Below, one piece after another: positions 43,051 through 52,358 of a stretch of 64,000 nt of DNA. The stretch is from the NCBI GenBank assembly GCA_031424375.1, contig JANPHH010000146.1, forward strand, positions 5,148 through 69,147, written 5' to 3'. The first letter of the stretch is position 1. Every line of letters begins with the position of its first letter. The notes beneath the pieces are model-generated. The model was given only the letters and a program-made list of their open reading frames with translations, ran no database searches and was not told the DNA's origin. The DNA is from Chthoniobacter sp. (GTDB lineage: Bacteria; Verrucomicrobiota; Verrucomicrobiia; Chthoniobacterales; Chthoniobacteraceae). A program made the translations under genes and the position numbers.

Positions 43051-43133
43051 GAAAATGGGAAGACGACTACTTATCCGAGTAATCACGTCGGTGCTCGTGA
43101 AATTGGAACTTTTCCTGTGCGCCCGTTCGCCGA

Positions 43134-46100
43134 TCACGGGTCGATCGCCAGGACGACGCGGAAGCCGATGGTCGGCCCGCGGTTTCCTTCGCCGAAGCTT
43201 TCCCGCGCAGTCCACCAGATCGGCCCCTTTTCCGAGACGGCGTACGATGCGCCGCGCATCGTCCACGCACCAGGCGCCGCCGGATGGTGAAGATCCTCGC
43301 AAAGTTCCCAGACGTTCCCACCGAGGTCGTACAGACCGAAGCGGTTCGGCTTGAAGTTGCCGACCGGCGCGCTCGCGGGGAATAGATCGCGGTAACCGGG
43401 AATGGCCCTTTGCCCTTTGCACTCCTCTCCGCTGTAGTTTCCCGCGCCTTTCGGCGGCGGCCACTCGGTGCCCCACGGGAACTCCTGGATCTTCCCGCTT
43501 CGGTCCGTCGGCGTGGTCCGACTTGGGTCCTCGTGCTGGCGGCTGCCAATCGCGGCGGACCATTCGAGATCGGTCGGCAGGCGATAGCGTTCGCTCGCGC
43601 GCAGCTTTCCGCTCAACTGCTCGCGGCGGGTCAGCCAGTCGCAGAAATTTTGCGCGTCTTTCCAGCCGAGGTTCACCGCCGGGTGCTTCGGGCCCCCTGA
43701 ATCTCCCGGCGGTTTCGTCCACGCTGTTTTTGTTTCGTTGACGAAGACTTCGTAATCCTGCACGCGCGTTTCCCAGCTGCTGAAGAGCAGCTTCTTCCTA
43801 GCGCCACCACTGCCCTCGATCGGGACCGGCACGAACTTCATCTCGAGCGAATTCATGAACGGCAGATCCTTGCTCGCCCTGGCGGCTAATCCCTGCCCGG
43901 CGGCGGAAAAGCCCAGCGCGGGAGTGAAAGCCGGCGCTGACGCAGCGCTCGGAGTGAGCGGCGCGGGCACCAGCACCACGCGGAAACCGCCGAGGCCGCT
44001 CGCCATCCGCGGCTGCGCTTCATCGCGCGCGGACGAAAGGAGCGCATCGTCGCCGTGGTACCACGAGCCGCCGCGCATCACCCGCGCGGTCATCTCCTTG
44101 TCGGCCCAGTCCGCGCACCATTCGCGCGCATTGCCGCTGAGGTCGTAGAGCCCGAATTCATTCTCGGAGAAACTGCCGACTGGCGAGGTCCAGGCGAACC
44201 CGTCATCGTAGCTGGCGATGTATTTGTTGTCGGGCTTCGCCTTCTGCCGCTCCGCCGCGGCATCGGCGAAATTGCCGGAGCCTTTGGTCGGCGGCCAGCC
44301 GCCCTGCCACGGATAGATGCCGTTGATCTTCCCCGCCTTGTCGTGCGGGATGGCGTTCGCATCCTCGCGGTCGCCGATGCCCACCGCGCAGCTCCACTCG
44401 TGATCGCTGGGCAGGCGATAGTTCCGCCCATCGCGCTTCGAGAGCCACGCGCAGAAAGCCGTCGCATCCTCCCAGGTCACATTCACCGCGGGATGATTGT
44501 CCTGCTGCGCAAATCCCGGCTTGTCCCACTTGCGTTTCGTCTCATTGACGAAGATGCGGTAATCCGCCACGCGCGTCTCCCATACCGAGAAATAAATCTG
44601 CTGTCCGTCGGTCGGCCCGCCCGTGATTTTCACCGGCACAAACTTCATCCCGATAAGATTTCCCGCCGGCTTCTCCTTCCCCGCCGTCGGCGCTCCCGCA
44701 GCGGCGGGCACCGCGATCGGCTCGCCGGGCAAAGGCCACAGCTTCACGAGTTCCTCACGCTTCTGCTGGAGCAGCAGCGCGTCTTCCAGCCGCAGGAGCT
44801 TGGTCAGCGCATCCTGCTTCTGGGAGAGGATCGCGTCGTAAGCGGCGCGAGCGCCCTTCGTCTTCGTCGCCCGCCAACGTGCGAGCTCGCCGGATTGATT
44901 GCGAAAGGCGGCGCGCAGCAACTGCACCCTGCTCGGCAGGCCCACGTCGGAGCCGGTCACCGTCCGGCTTTCTTGAAAGGTTTTTAGCTCCTTTTGCCAC
45001 GCGATGGCCTCGGTGAGTTGTTTCGATGCCGTGGCGCGGGCGAGTCCCGACTCGAGCGCCGCCGCGTGCTGCTTCCGTAGCTCGGCCATGCTCGTCTCGA
45101 AGGGCTGCGTGACTTGCTTCACAAACGCCTCCTGCTGCTGTGCATCGACCTGCGCCAGCCACTTCTCGACTTCCGTCTGCGGCTTCGGCATCGGCGTGGA
45201 GGGCGGAGGCGCGGGCGTGGCCACGGCGACCGGTGGAGGAGTCGGCGCGGGATCGGGCGTGCCGTCGTCCCATTCGATGATGAAGCCCGCGAGCTTGGCC
45301 GTCACCGGCAGCATGCCGATCCAGGATGATCCACCGTCCTTGAGCCGCACGGCGTAGAGGCCGGCTGGTTGCTTCTTTTCGTCCGTGTCCAGCTTGGCGC
45401 GCCATAACGGGTTGCCGGAAATCCATGGAATCTTCCCGACCGGGGTGCCATTGAGCCATTTAATTTCGGTCGATTCTTCCGCGGCGCCGCCGCCGATCGC
45501 ATAGCGCCGCAGTTCGTTCACTTTGAGCGGAACGATGAGATGATCTCGTGCCCACAGTGCCTCCTCTTCGGTGAGAAAGGTCGCGAGATGTCCACCCAGC
45601 GATTCGGCCTTCGTTTTCGCGGCGTTCCAATCGGCTTCGTCCGGGATCAATTGATAGCGATGACCGGCAAAGGTGAGCACTTCGCTGGGTTGCGCGGGAA
45701 TCGGCGTGGACGGCTGGGGTGATGCGATCGGCGTGGCGCTGGCGGCCACGGATTTCGGTGCGGCACCGGAAGGCACGGCCACCGGCGAGGCGTTGGGCAG
45801 CGTGGCGGGCGTCGAAGCCGCAGGGGCGGCCACGACGGGAACCGGAGTCTGGATGGCGGAACGCGCGTCGTCCGACCTTGGCCGCAGGCCGAATCGCGCA
45901 TAGAGCCCCGCGCCCACCGCGACGACCACCAAGCCGATCCACAACGGCACACGCGACTTCCTTCCTCCCGGCGGCACATTCCTCTTCCGCCGACCGCGAG
46001 ACTCGAGCGCGGCATCCACATCGGCTTTCATGTCTGTGGTGCTCTGATAGCGGCGCTCCGGCGCCTGTTGCATCGCTTTGAGCACGATCTGATCGATGCG

Positions 46101-47648
46101 CGGGGCGCAGCCGATCCGTTCGCTGGGCCGCTCGAACGCGCCCTTGGGCACCTCGCGGCAGAGCATTTCGTATAGCATCACCCCGAGGCTGTAGATATCC
46201 GCGCGGTGATCGACGTGTCCCGCCTTCATCTGCTCGGGGGCCATATAGTCAGGGGTGCCCAGCACGGTCCCGGTCTGGGTCATGCCGAAGCTCTCGGGAG
46301 CCGCTTCCGTCAGCCGCGCGAGGCCGAAGTCCGCGACCTTGGCCCGACCGTCTGCAGCCACCATCACGTTCGCCGGCTTGATGTCACGATGGACGATGCC
46401 CTTTCCATGCGCATAGGCCAGCGCGGTGCAGACTTGCCCGACGATCGCGAGCGCCTGATCGATCGGGAGGTCATTTTTGTGGATGAGCTGGTCGAGGTTC
46501 GAACCGTCGACGAACGCCATCACGAAAAAGAGATGCCCCTCGGCCGTATTCCCGAAATCGTAGACGGCGATGATGTTCGGATGATCGAGCTTCGCCATCG
46601 CACGCGCCTCGCGGCGAAAGCGGTCGGCGAAATCGCGGTCAACGCTGACCTCCAGCGGCAGCAGCTTGATCGCGACGAGGCGGTCCAGCTCGATCTGCCG
46701 CGCCTTGTAAACCGCACCCATGCCACCGCGGCCGAGCAGCGAGAGCACTTCGTATTGCGGGAAAAGACGCGCTGCTTCCGCGACCGTGGGCGGCTGCCAG
46801 CCGCCGGCGCCGCTCTGCGTCATGCGCACGCTCTGCATGGCGCGGGCGAAGACCTCATCCGGACGCAGCGCGCGGATGACCGTGGGCAGCGGGGCCGTGA
46901 TTGGCGCCGCGCCCGGCAGCGGGGTCATTTGCACGCCAGCCGATTCGCAGGCGCAAAGCAGGGCGGTCAGCTCGCTGTCGATATGCGCGGGGTCGAGCAC
47001 GGTGTCGCCGGCGTAGGCGCGGAGCAGTTCGCGCTGCCGCGAACGAAAGTCGAAGACCGCCCGGCGCATCGCCCCGCTCGTCCGGCCGACGCGCGCGGCG
47101 GCGGAAGCGTAGCGTTCATCGTCGCCCGGCTCGAAGCCGGCAAAAGGGAGCAGCTCATTAAAAAGAACCTCCTCGCCGCGCACGGCGTATTCGCCCTGCA
47201 AAGTGGTGGTCGTAAATTCCAGCACGGTGAGCGCCCAGCGCCGCTGGAAGATGCTGTCCGGCTCGCCCGGCGGTTCGTCGGCGTAGCGCTGCGCGGCCCA
47301 CGTGGCCTCGATCGCGAGCGCGGCGGGACCGCTCATTTTCACCCCCGCCGCCGCCAGCTCCGCGAGCCGCGCGGGCAGCCATTCCCGCATCCGCCCGACG
47401 CCGCTTTCCTCCGGCGAAGGAGGCGCCTCGCCGAGCCAGCGCGTGAAGCTGGCGACTGTCGCGGTGTCGGCCTCGCCCGCATCGAGCCCGGCGCGCCGCC
47501 ACCAGGCGTAGACGCAATACCAGTAGCTCCCGGCGAGTTCGCGCAGCGCCTCGGCCCGATCGCCGCCCGCCGCATCGGAGGTCGCGCGCGCCCAGCGGCT
47601 TCGCGGAGGAGCCGGAGAAGTCTGATCAGAATCCGAAGGGGCAGCCAT
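43134..47648 (-). CDS. Fusion: ECF-sigma-like N-terminus + Ser/Thr kinase + TM + C-type lectin + two FGE-sulfatase (SUMF1) domains, ~1504 aa
   Basis: Sigma-like ALRELAGSYWYCVYAWWRR and PDSIFQRRWALTVLE. Kinase GRGGMG, AIK, HRDIKPAN, DFG, GTPDYMAPE. TM helix. Lectin GHRYQ...W..AK...GGHLAT. Two FGE domains with RLP..EW, FGLYDL.GN..E and RG.S...GFRVVL. Confidence 0.88.
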   Translation of the reverse strand: MAAPSDSDQTSPAPPRSRWARATSDAAGGDRAEALRELAGSYWYCVYAWWRRAGLDAGEADTATVASFTRWLGEAPPSPEESGVGRMREWLPARLAELAAAGVKMSGPAALAIEATWAAQRYADEPPGEPDSIFQRRWALTVLEFTTTTLQGEYAVRGEEVLFNELLPFAGFEPGDDERYASAAARVGRTSGAMRRAVFDFRSRQRELLRAYAGDTVLDPAHIDSELTALLCACESAGVQMTPLPGAAPITAPLPTVIRALRPDEVFARAMQSVRMTQSGAGGWQPPTVAEAARLFPQYEVLSLLGRGGMGAVYKARQIELDRLVAIKLLPLEVSVDRDFADRFRREARAMAKLDHPNIIAVYDFGNTAEGHLFFVMAFVDGSNLDQLIHKNDLPIDQALAIVGQVCTALAYAHGKGIVHRDIKPANVMVAADGRAKVADFGLARLTEAAPESFGMTQTGTVLGTPDYMAPEQMKAGHVDHRADIYSLGVMLYEMLCREVPKGAFERPSERIGCAPRIDQIVLKAMQQAPERRYQSTTDMKADVDAALESRGRRKRNVPPGGRKSRVPLWIGLVVVAVGAGLYARFGLRPRSDDARSAIQTPVPVVAAPAASTPATLPNASPVAVPSGAAPKSVAASATPIASPQPSTPIPAQPSEVLTFAGHRYQLIPDEADWNAAKTKAESLGGHLATFLTEEEALWARDHLIVPLKVNELRRYAIGGGAAEESTEIKWLNGTPVGKIPWISGNPLWRAKLDTDEKKQPAGLYAVRLKDGGSSWIGMLPVTAKLAGFIIEWDDGTPDPAPTPPPVAVATPAPPPSTPMPKPQTEVEKWLAQVDAQQQEAFVKQVTQPFETSMAELRKQHAAALESGLARATASKQLTEAIAWQKELKTFQESRTVTGSDVGLPSRVQLLRAAFRNQSGELARWRATKTKGARAAYDAILSQKQDALTKLLRLEDALLLQQKREELVKLWPLPGEPIAVPAAAGAPTAGKEKPAGNLIGMKFVPVKITGGPTDGQQIYFSVWETRVADYRIFVNETKRKWDKPGFAQQDNHPAVNVTWEDATAFCAWLSKRDGRNYRLPSDHEWSCAVGIGDREDANAIPHDKAGKINGIYPWQGGWPPTKGSGNFADAAAERQKAKPDNKYIASYDDGFAWTSPVGSFSENEFGLYDLSGNAREWCADWADKEMTARVMRGGSWYHGDDALLSSARDEAQPRMASGLGGFRVVLVPAPLTPSAASAPAFTPALGFSAAGQGLAARASKDLPFMNSLEMKFVPVPIEGSGGARKKLLFSSWETRVQDYEVFVNETKTAWTKPPGDSGGPKHPAVNLGWKDAQNFCDWLTRREQLSGKLRASERYRLPTDLEWSAAIGSRQHEDPSRTTPTDRSGKIQEFPWGTEWPPPKGAGNYSGEECKGQRAIPGYRDLFPASAPVGNFKPNRFGLYDLGGNVWELCEDLHHPAAPGAWTMRGASYAVSEKGPIWWTARESFGEGNRGPTIGFRVVLAIDP

Positions 47649-47716
47649 GCAGGCGATGAGTTCCGCACCGCACGACACCAGAGCGTGCGAGGCGGGTCAA
47701 GGCGCCGCGGCTCGAA

Positions 47717-48601
47717 TCACGGCTTTCCCGGCACCAGAATCCCCACGCTCTGCATCCATTCCGCGCAGCGCTGCGGCCAGTCGTTGATCGGCTGGCCAGC
47801 CTTGCGCATGCCGAAGCCGTGGCCGCCTTTCGTGTAAATGTGCAACTCCGCGGCGAGGTTGCGCCTTTTGTATTCGAGATAAAGCGAGGCCGCCTCGATC
47901 GGGTTCGATTTGTCGTCGTGCGCGACGACGAAAAACGCCGGCGGCGCATCCGCCGGCACGCTGAATCCGGCGCGGAATTTCGTCTTGTCCGCCGCATCGA
48001 GGAATCCGCCGCCGTAGACGAACACGAGGAAGTCCGGTCCGCGCGGATCGTCCACGTCCAGCTTCTGCGGATAGGTCCGCTCACCGCGATCCCACGCCGC
48101 GTGGCCCGCGAGATTTCCGCCCGCGGAGAAGCCGAGAATGCCCACCCGCTTCGGATCGACGCCCCACTCGCCGGCCCGATGCCGGACGATTCCAAGCGCG
48201 CGCTGCGCGTCCTCCACTGGCAGCTTGTAGGGCTGGGCATCATCCCGCGTCGGCGTCCGATATTTCAGCAGCACCGCGGTCACGCCGATCGAGTTCAGCC
48301 ATTCGCACACCTGCGTCCCCTCGAAGGAATACGAGAGAAACATGTAGCCGCCGCCCGGCGCCACGATCACCGCCGCGCCGTTCGGCGTCTCGGGGCGATA
48401 GATCGTGATCGTCGGATCCGTCACCTCACTCACCCGCGTAGGCGACACGCCACCATGCTCCTGGATCTGCTTCGCCGTCGCTTCGGATTTCGGAGGCAGC
48501 GGCGTCGGCGGGCCTTCGGGCCAAAGCGGGAGCGTGAGCGGCTCGGCGGCGGCCAGATGCGCGGCGATGACGACGGCGATGAGGGAGAGAAGCGATTTCA
48601 T
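47717..48601 (-). CDS. Secreted alpha/beta hydrolase (pectin acetylesterase/xylanase-like annotation family)
   Basis: Start MKSLLSLIAVV. Motifs PGGGY, LKYR, GFSAGG, GGHGFG. Confidence 0.88.
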   Translation of the reverse strand: MKSLLSLIAVVIAAHLAAAEPLTLPLWPEGPPTPLPPKSEATAKQIQEHGGVSPTRVSEVTDPTITIYRPETPNGAAVIVAPGGGYMFLSYSFEGTQVCEWLNSIGVTAVLLKYRTPTRDDAQPYKLPVEDAQRALGIVRHRAGEWGVDPKRVGILGFSAGGNLAGHAAWDRGERTYPQKLDVDDPRGPDFLVFVYGGGFLDAADKTKFRAGFSVPADAPPAFFVVAHDDKSNPIEAASLYLEYKRRNLAAELHIYTKGGHGFGMRKAGQPINDWPQRCAEWMQSVGILVPGKP

Positions 48602-48636
48602 GTTCAAGAGGGAAGACGGCCAGTGCGTGGAAAAGG

Positions 48637-48708
48637 AAACCGCGGATTTCGCGGATTGACGCGGATTGCCGAAAACGAATCCGGGCAATCCGTGAAATCT
48701 GCGGTCCT
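48637..48708. repeat. ACCGCGGAT...ATCTGCGGT palindromic element
   Basis: accgcggatttcgcggattgacgcggatt pairs with aatccgggcaatccgtgaaatctgcggt; related to 31971-32106. Confidence 0.7.
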
Positions 48709-48734
48709 CCATGCTCCGCTCCGGAGAGGAGCGT

Positions 48735-48820
48735 GAGGTCCATCGACTGCGCGCCGCCCTCACTCCCACCACCTCCTTTCCCAAACCACTCCGCCAAGCG
48801 GCGCTTCGCTCAGGATGACA
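48735..48820. repeat. Right half of TGTCATCC-family element
   Basis: gaggtccatcgact...gcgcttcgctcaggatgaca matches 54908-54993. Confidence 0.7.
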
Positions 48821-48841
48821 GGCTTTGGGAGCGCTCACACT

Positions 48842-51800
48842 TCACTCGTTGCGGCGATTGAGGAACTGGCGGCTCTGCGCGACGGCGAGCACGGCGGCGG
48901 AAAACTTGCCGCCGGATTTCGCGAGTTCGAAGCGCATCGTTTCCACGAGCGGCTTGTCGGTCGGGAGCAGCGAACGGCCGAGTGCGTAGCCGACGAGCTT
49001 GCTGCAGAGATTGTTTGTCACCTCGGCTTCGTGCTGGGCGAGGAAGCCGCGCAGGCCCGCGATGCCGCGGAATTCCGGGCTCGTTTTCCAGCGTCCGGAA
49101 TCGTCGATGTCGAGTCCGGCTTCGTCCTTGGCGCGGGCGCGACCGATGGGATCGAACCCTTCGAGCGCGAAGCCGAGCGGGTCGATGCGGTCGTGGCAGG
49201 TGGCGCAGTTTTTGTCGGCGCGGTGGCGCTCGAGTCGCTGGCGCAGCGTGGACGCGGCGCTCACGCTGTCGTCGAGCTTGGGCACGTCATTCGGCGGCGG
49301 CGGCGTGGGCAGGCCGAGCACGGCGGTGAGCAGCCAGTTGCCGCGCAGCACCGGGCTGGTGCGGTGCGGGTAGGAATTCTTCGTGAGCACCGTGCCCATG
49401 CCGAGCACGCCGCCGCGGTGATACGGCGCGACGTTCACCTTGCGGAACTCGCCGCCCTGAACGCCGGGAATCCCGTAGAAGGTGGCGAGGCGATCGTTCA
49501 GGAAGGTGTAATCCGCACCGACGATCTCGCCCACCGGGCGGTCTTCGCGGATGACGTGGGTGAAGAAGTCGAACGTCTCCCGATACATGTCGCGCCGCAG
49601 TTCGGGAGTGAACTCGGGAAATTTTTTCGCGTCGATGTTCGCGTTCGCGACGAAGCCGTTGAACTTCAGCCACTGCCCGGCAAACTCCTGCGCGAGTCCG
49701 TTCGCGCGCCAGTCGCGCAGCATCCGCCGGGTCTCGCGGGCGAGCACCTCGGGTTGGAGCAGCGAGCCATCGGCCGCGGCGGCGCGCAGCGTGGCGTCGG
49801 GCGTGGAGGCCCACATGAAGTAGCTGAGCCGTGTCGCGAGTTCCCAAGCGCTGAGTTTGCGTTCGCCGGGCTCGCTGGCGTCTTCGAGTTTGAAAAGAAA
49901 CTTCGGCGAGACGAGCAACCGCACGAGCACCTCGCGGCCCGACGATTCACGATCGAGCTCCCGGGCGCGCGCGTCGTCGTAGAGCTTCGCGATCTGCGTG
50001 GATTCATCGCCCGTGAGCGGACGGCGCCAGGCGCGGGTGGCGAAGTCCGCGAGGTGGCGCTTCACCGCTTCGTCCCAGTCCTTCGCCTGCTGCGGATTGA
50101 GCCTCGGATCGCGCACGAATTTCCAGTCGATCATCATCCGTTCCCACCGCGTTTTTTGCTCCGGGGAAATGAGCGCGGTGAGCTGCGGGTCGCTGAGGTA
50201 GTAGACGCTCGCGGCCTTTCCGCCGCGTTGGAAATTGCGCGAAATCTCCTCGAGGCGGCGCAGGGATTCGTCGGGGAAAGCCACCTTCATCACGCCGAAC
50301 TCATGCCCCAACTTGCGCGTCGCGGTGCTGCCCACTTTCCAGACCGTGAGCACGCCGGGCATCACCTTGGTCGGGTCGGGCGGCGTGCCGATCACGGCCT
50401 TCCATTGCACGCTCGCGAGGTCGGCTTCCGGCGTGTCGATGTCGAGCTTGCCCCCGGCGCGGAAGCCCGTCGCTTCGGGCGGCAACGGCAGCGTGATCAC
50501 CACCGGTGCCTGCACCACGATCGCATCCGGCTTCGCAGTTTTGCCGCGCGGATCCTTGCCAAATTTCGCCAGCACCGCTTCGGCCTCTGCGATGCGCGGC
50601 TGGAGTTGCGCCGTTTCGGCGGGATTCGCCGCGAGGCGCTCCTGCTCGACCCGCAGGCGATTGCGTAACCAGTCGAGATAAGCCTGCTTCTTCGTTCCCT
50701 CCTCCAGCGTTAGGCCGTCGAAGGTCACCCAGTCGCCGGTATTCCCATCGGCCACGTCGCCGAGGACGATGTGGACTTGCGGCTGGCCCGCGACATCCAC
50801 GCGAAAGTCGTAACGCCGGATGCCATCCGAATCCTGCTGATGCCGCTGCACGCCTTCGCCCGGATGATCTTTCGGCCCGAGCCAGGAGCGCCGCTGCGCC
50901 TGGATCGCCGCGAGTTTTTCCGGCAAGCCTGCAGGCAGTTCCTGCGGCTTTGCGGCATCCGGCGGCGGCAGCTCGCGCCACGGCGCGCGGGTGAGTTCGA
51001 GGTAGCGCGATTTCGGCTCGTCGCGGCTCAGGATTTCCCACCAGTTTTCGAGAAAAGGCCGCATCAGCTTGGCATCCTTCGCGAGCTGTTCGAGCGACGC
51101 CGCACCGGTGATCGCGCGATGTTTCCACCTCCAGCAGGCCAGCATGTAATCCGCCTCGCGCATGTCATCGCCATCTTTGGGCAGGAAGGGCTCGGCCATC
51201 TTCTGATACCACACGTAGAGCCCCTGCTCGGCCTGCGCCTTCACCTGCACCGGCCCGCGTAGGCCGATGCGCTGCGCGGAAAATTGCACGCCGCTCCCCG
51301 GCATGATCGTCGCGTGATCCGCCAGCTTCCGCGCCGCGGCGAAATACTTCTCCAGCCCCTGCGGACTCACGAACAGCACGTCGCCGATATTCGAGAATCC
51401 CTCGCCGCCGCCGCCATCGGGGGAAAACTCCTGCGCGAGCGCGAGGTCGGTTCCTGTAAGATCGCGGATCGTGCGATCGTATTCCGCGTTGGTCAGCCGC
51501 CGCATCGTCACCGTGCCGGGATCGCCGGCATTCGCGCGCATCGCCGTCTCGAGCGAAGCGCCGAGCCACTTCAGCGCCCGCTCCTTCTCCGCCGCCGCCA
51601 GCTCCGGCTTGTCCTCCGGCGGCATGTCGCCGGAAGCGATTTGCTCCTTCACCTTCGTCCACAGCTCGAACTCCGAGCCGATCTTCGGATCGCCATCGAG
51701 CTTCTTCAGATCCACGCCGCCCTTCGTCTTCTTGCCGCCGTGGCAGTCGTAGCAGTGCTGCTCCAGCAGCGGGCGCACGTCCTGCCACGCGCCGTCCGCA

Positions 51801-51871
51801 GGCTCAGCGGTCGCCGTGAACGGCCACAGCGGGGCGAGGGCGGCGATGAAAAGTGCGCGGCGTGAGGGCAT
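48842..51871 (-). CDS. DUF1592-family protein (cytochrome c + DUF1587/1595/1592/1588/1585), 1009 aa
   Basis: Motifs CYDCH, RRLTNAEYDRTIRDL, ELATRLSYFMW, FAGQWL, TSPVLRG.W, CATCHDRIDPLGFALE.FD.IG, YALGR. Confidence 0.92.
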   Translation of the reverse strand: MPSRRALFIAALAPLWPFTATAEPADGAWQDVRPLLEQHCYDCHGGKKTKGGVDLKKLDGDPKIGSEFELWTKVKEQIASGDMPPEDKPELAAAEKERALKWLGASLETAMRANAGDPGTVTMRRLTNAEYDRTIRDLTGTDLALAQEFSPDGGGGEGFSNIGDVLFVSPQGLEKYFAAARKLADHATIMPGSGVQFSAQRIGLRGPVQVKAQAEQGLYVWYQKMAEPFLPKDGDDMREADYMLACWRWKHRAITGAASLEQLAKDAKLMRPFLENWWEILSRDEPKSRYLELTRAPWRELPPPDAAKPQELPAGLPEKLAAIQAQRRSWLGPKDHPGEGVQRHQQDSDGIRRYDFRVDVAGQPQVHIVLGDVADGNTGDWVTFDGLTLEEGTKKQAYLDWLRNRLRVEQERLAANPAETAQLQPRIAEAEAVLAKFGKDPRGKTAKPDAIVVQAPVVITLPLPPEATGFRAGGKLDIDTPEADLASVQWKAVIGTPPDPTKVMPGVLTVWKVGSTATRKLGHEFGVMKVAFPDESLRRLEEISRNFQRGGKAASVYYLSDPQLTALISPEQKTRWERMMIDWKFVRDPRLNPQQAKDWDEAVKRHLADFATRAWRRPLTGDESTQIAKLYDDARARELDRESSGREVLVRLLVSPKFLFKLEDASEPGERKLSAWELATRLSYFMWASTPDATLRAAAADGSLLQPEVLARETRRMLRDWRANGLAQEFAGQWLKFNGFVANANIDAKKFPEFTPELRRDMYRETFDFFTHVIREDRPVGEIVGADYTFLNDRLATFYGIPGVQGGEFRKVNVAPYHRGGVLGMGTVLTKNSYPHRTSPVLRGNWLLTAVLGLPTPPPPNDVPKLDDSVSAASTLRQRLERHRADKNCATCHDRIDPLGFALEGFDPIGRARAKDEAGLDIDDSGRWKTSPEFRGIAGLRGFLAQHEAEVTNNLCSKLVGYALGRSLLPTDKPLVETMRFELAKSGGKFSAAVLAVAQSRQFLNRRNE

Positions 51872-51941
51872 CGGAGATAAACGAAATTAGGTCGGCAAAC
51901 GGCGACTGTCCGGCGATCGGTTTCTTAGCCGGAACGAGCGA

Positions 51942-52042
51942 CGGAACGTAGGCCGGATTTGCAATCCGGCACCAGACGATGTGGGCGGTTTCAGCGCACG
52001 GAAGGCGGGCGTAGGCGGATTGAAAATCCGCCCTACGTTCCG
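51942..52042. repeat. GTAG-type REP-like palindromic cluster
   Basis: cggaacgtagg...cctacgttccg outer arms, with internal hairpins ccggatt/aatccgg and ggcggatt/aatccgcc. Confidence 0.75.
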
Positions 52043-52099
52043 CGCCCCGTCTGCCGCATCGCTCCGGCTGCGAGAGTGAACGGTGAACTCTAAGCAGCC

Positions 52100-52233
52100 T
52101 GTCATCCCGAGCGAAGTTCCGCGGGGGCGAAGGTGGGGCGGAACGCAGTCGAGGGACCTCGGATTGCCGGGAACCGCACGATCTCCCGCAGGCCGGGGTC
52201 CCTCGCCTCCGTTACACTCCGCTCGGGATGACA
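52100..52233. repeat. Full TGTCATCC...GGATGACA REP/MITE-like element
   Basis: Terminal IR tgtcatcccgagcg/cgctcgggatgaca and inner IR gagggacc/ggtccctc. Confidence 0.85.
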
Positions 52234-52358
52234 GACGTTTTCCGCGACCGAGCGCAAGAAGAGGCCGAGGCATTGGTTTGCTGTCGAAGCAGCGCCCTGC
52301 TCGGGGCGACGGGGGTTTTGGGAAGAGCGTTGCGCGCCGGAAGATCTCCTCTCCCCGC

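Noticed and set aside
43134-44650. Two C-terminal FGE-sulfatase domains as possible diversity-generating retroelement targets
   Set aside because: No reverse transcriptase gene and no near-identical template repeat differing at adenines is visible in the window.
51895-51925. GAAAC-N18-CGTT upstream of the DUF1592 gene as another ECF promoter
   Set aside because: Single instance with a different sequence and spacer from the GTAAC-N17-CGTC motif; insufficient support.
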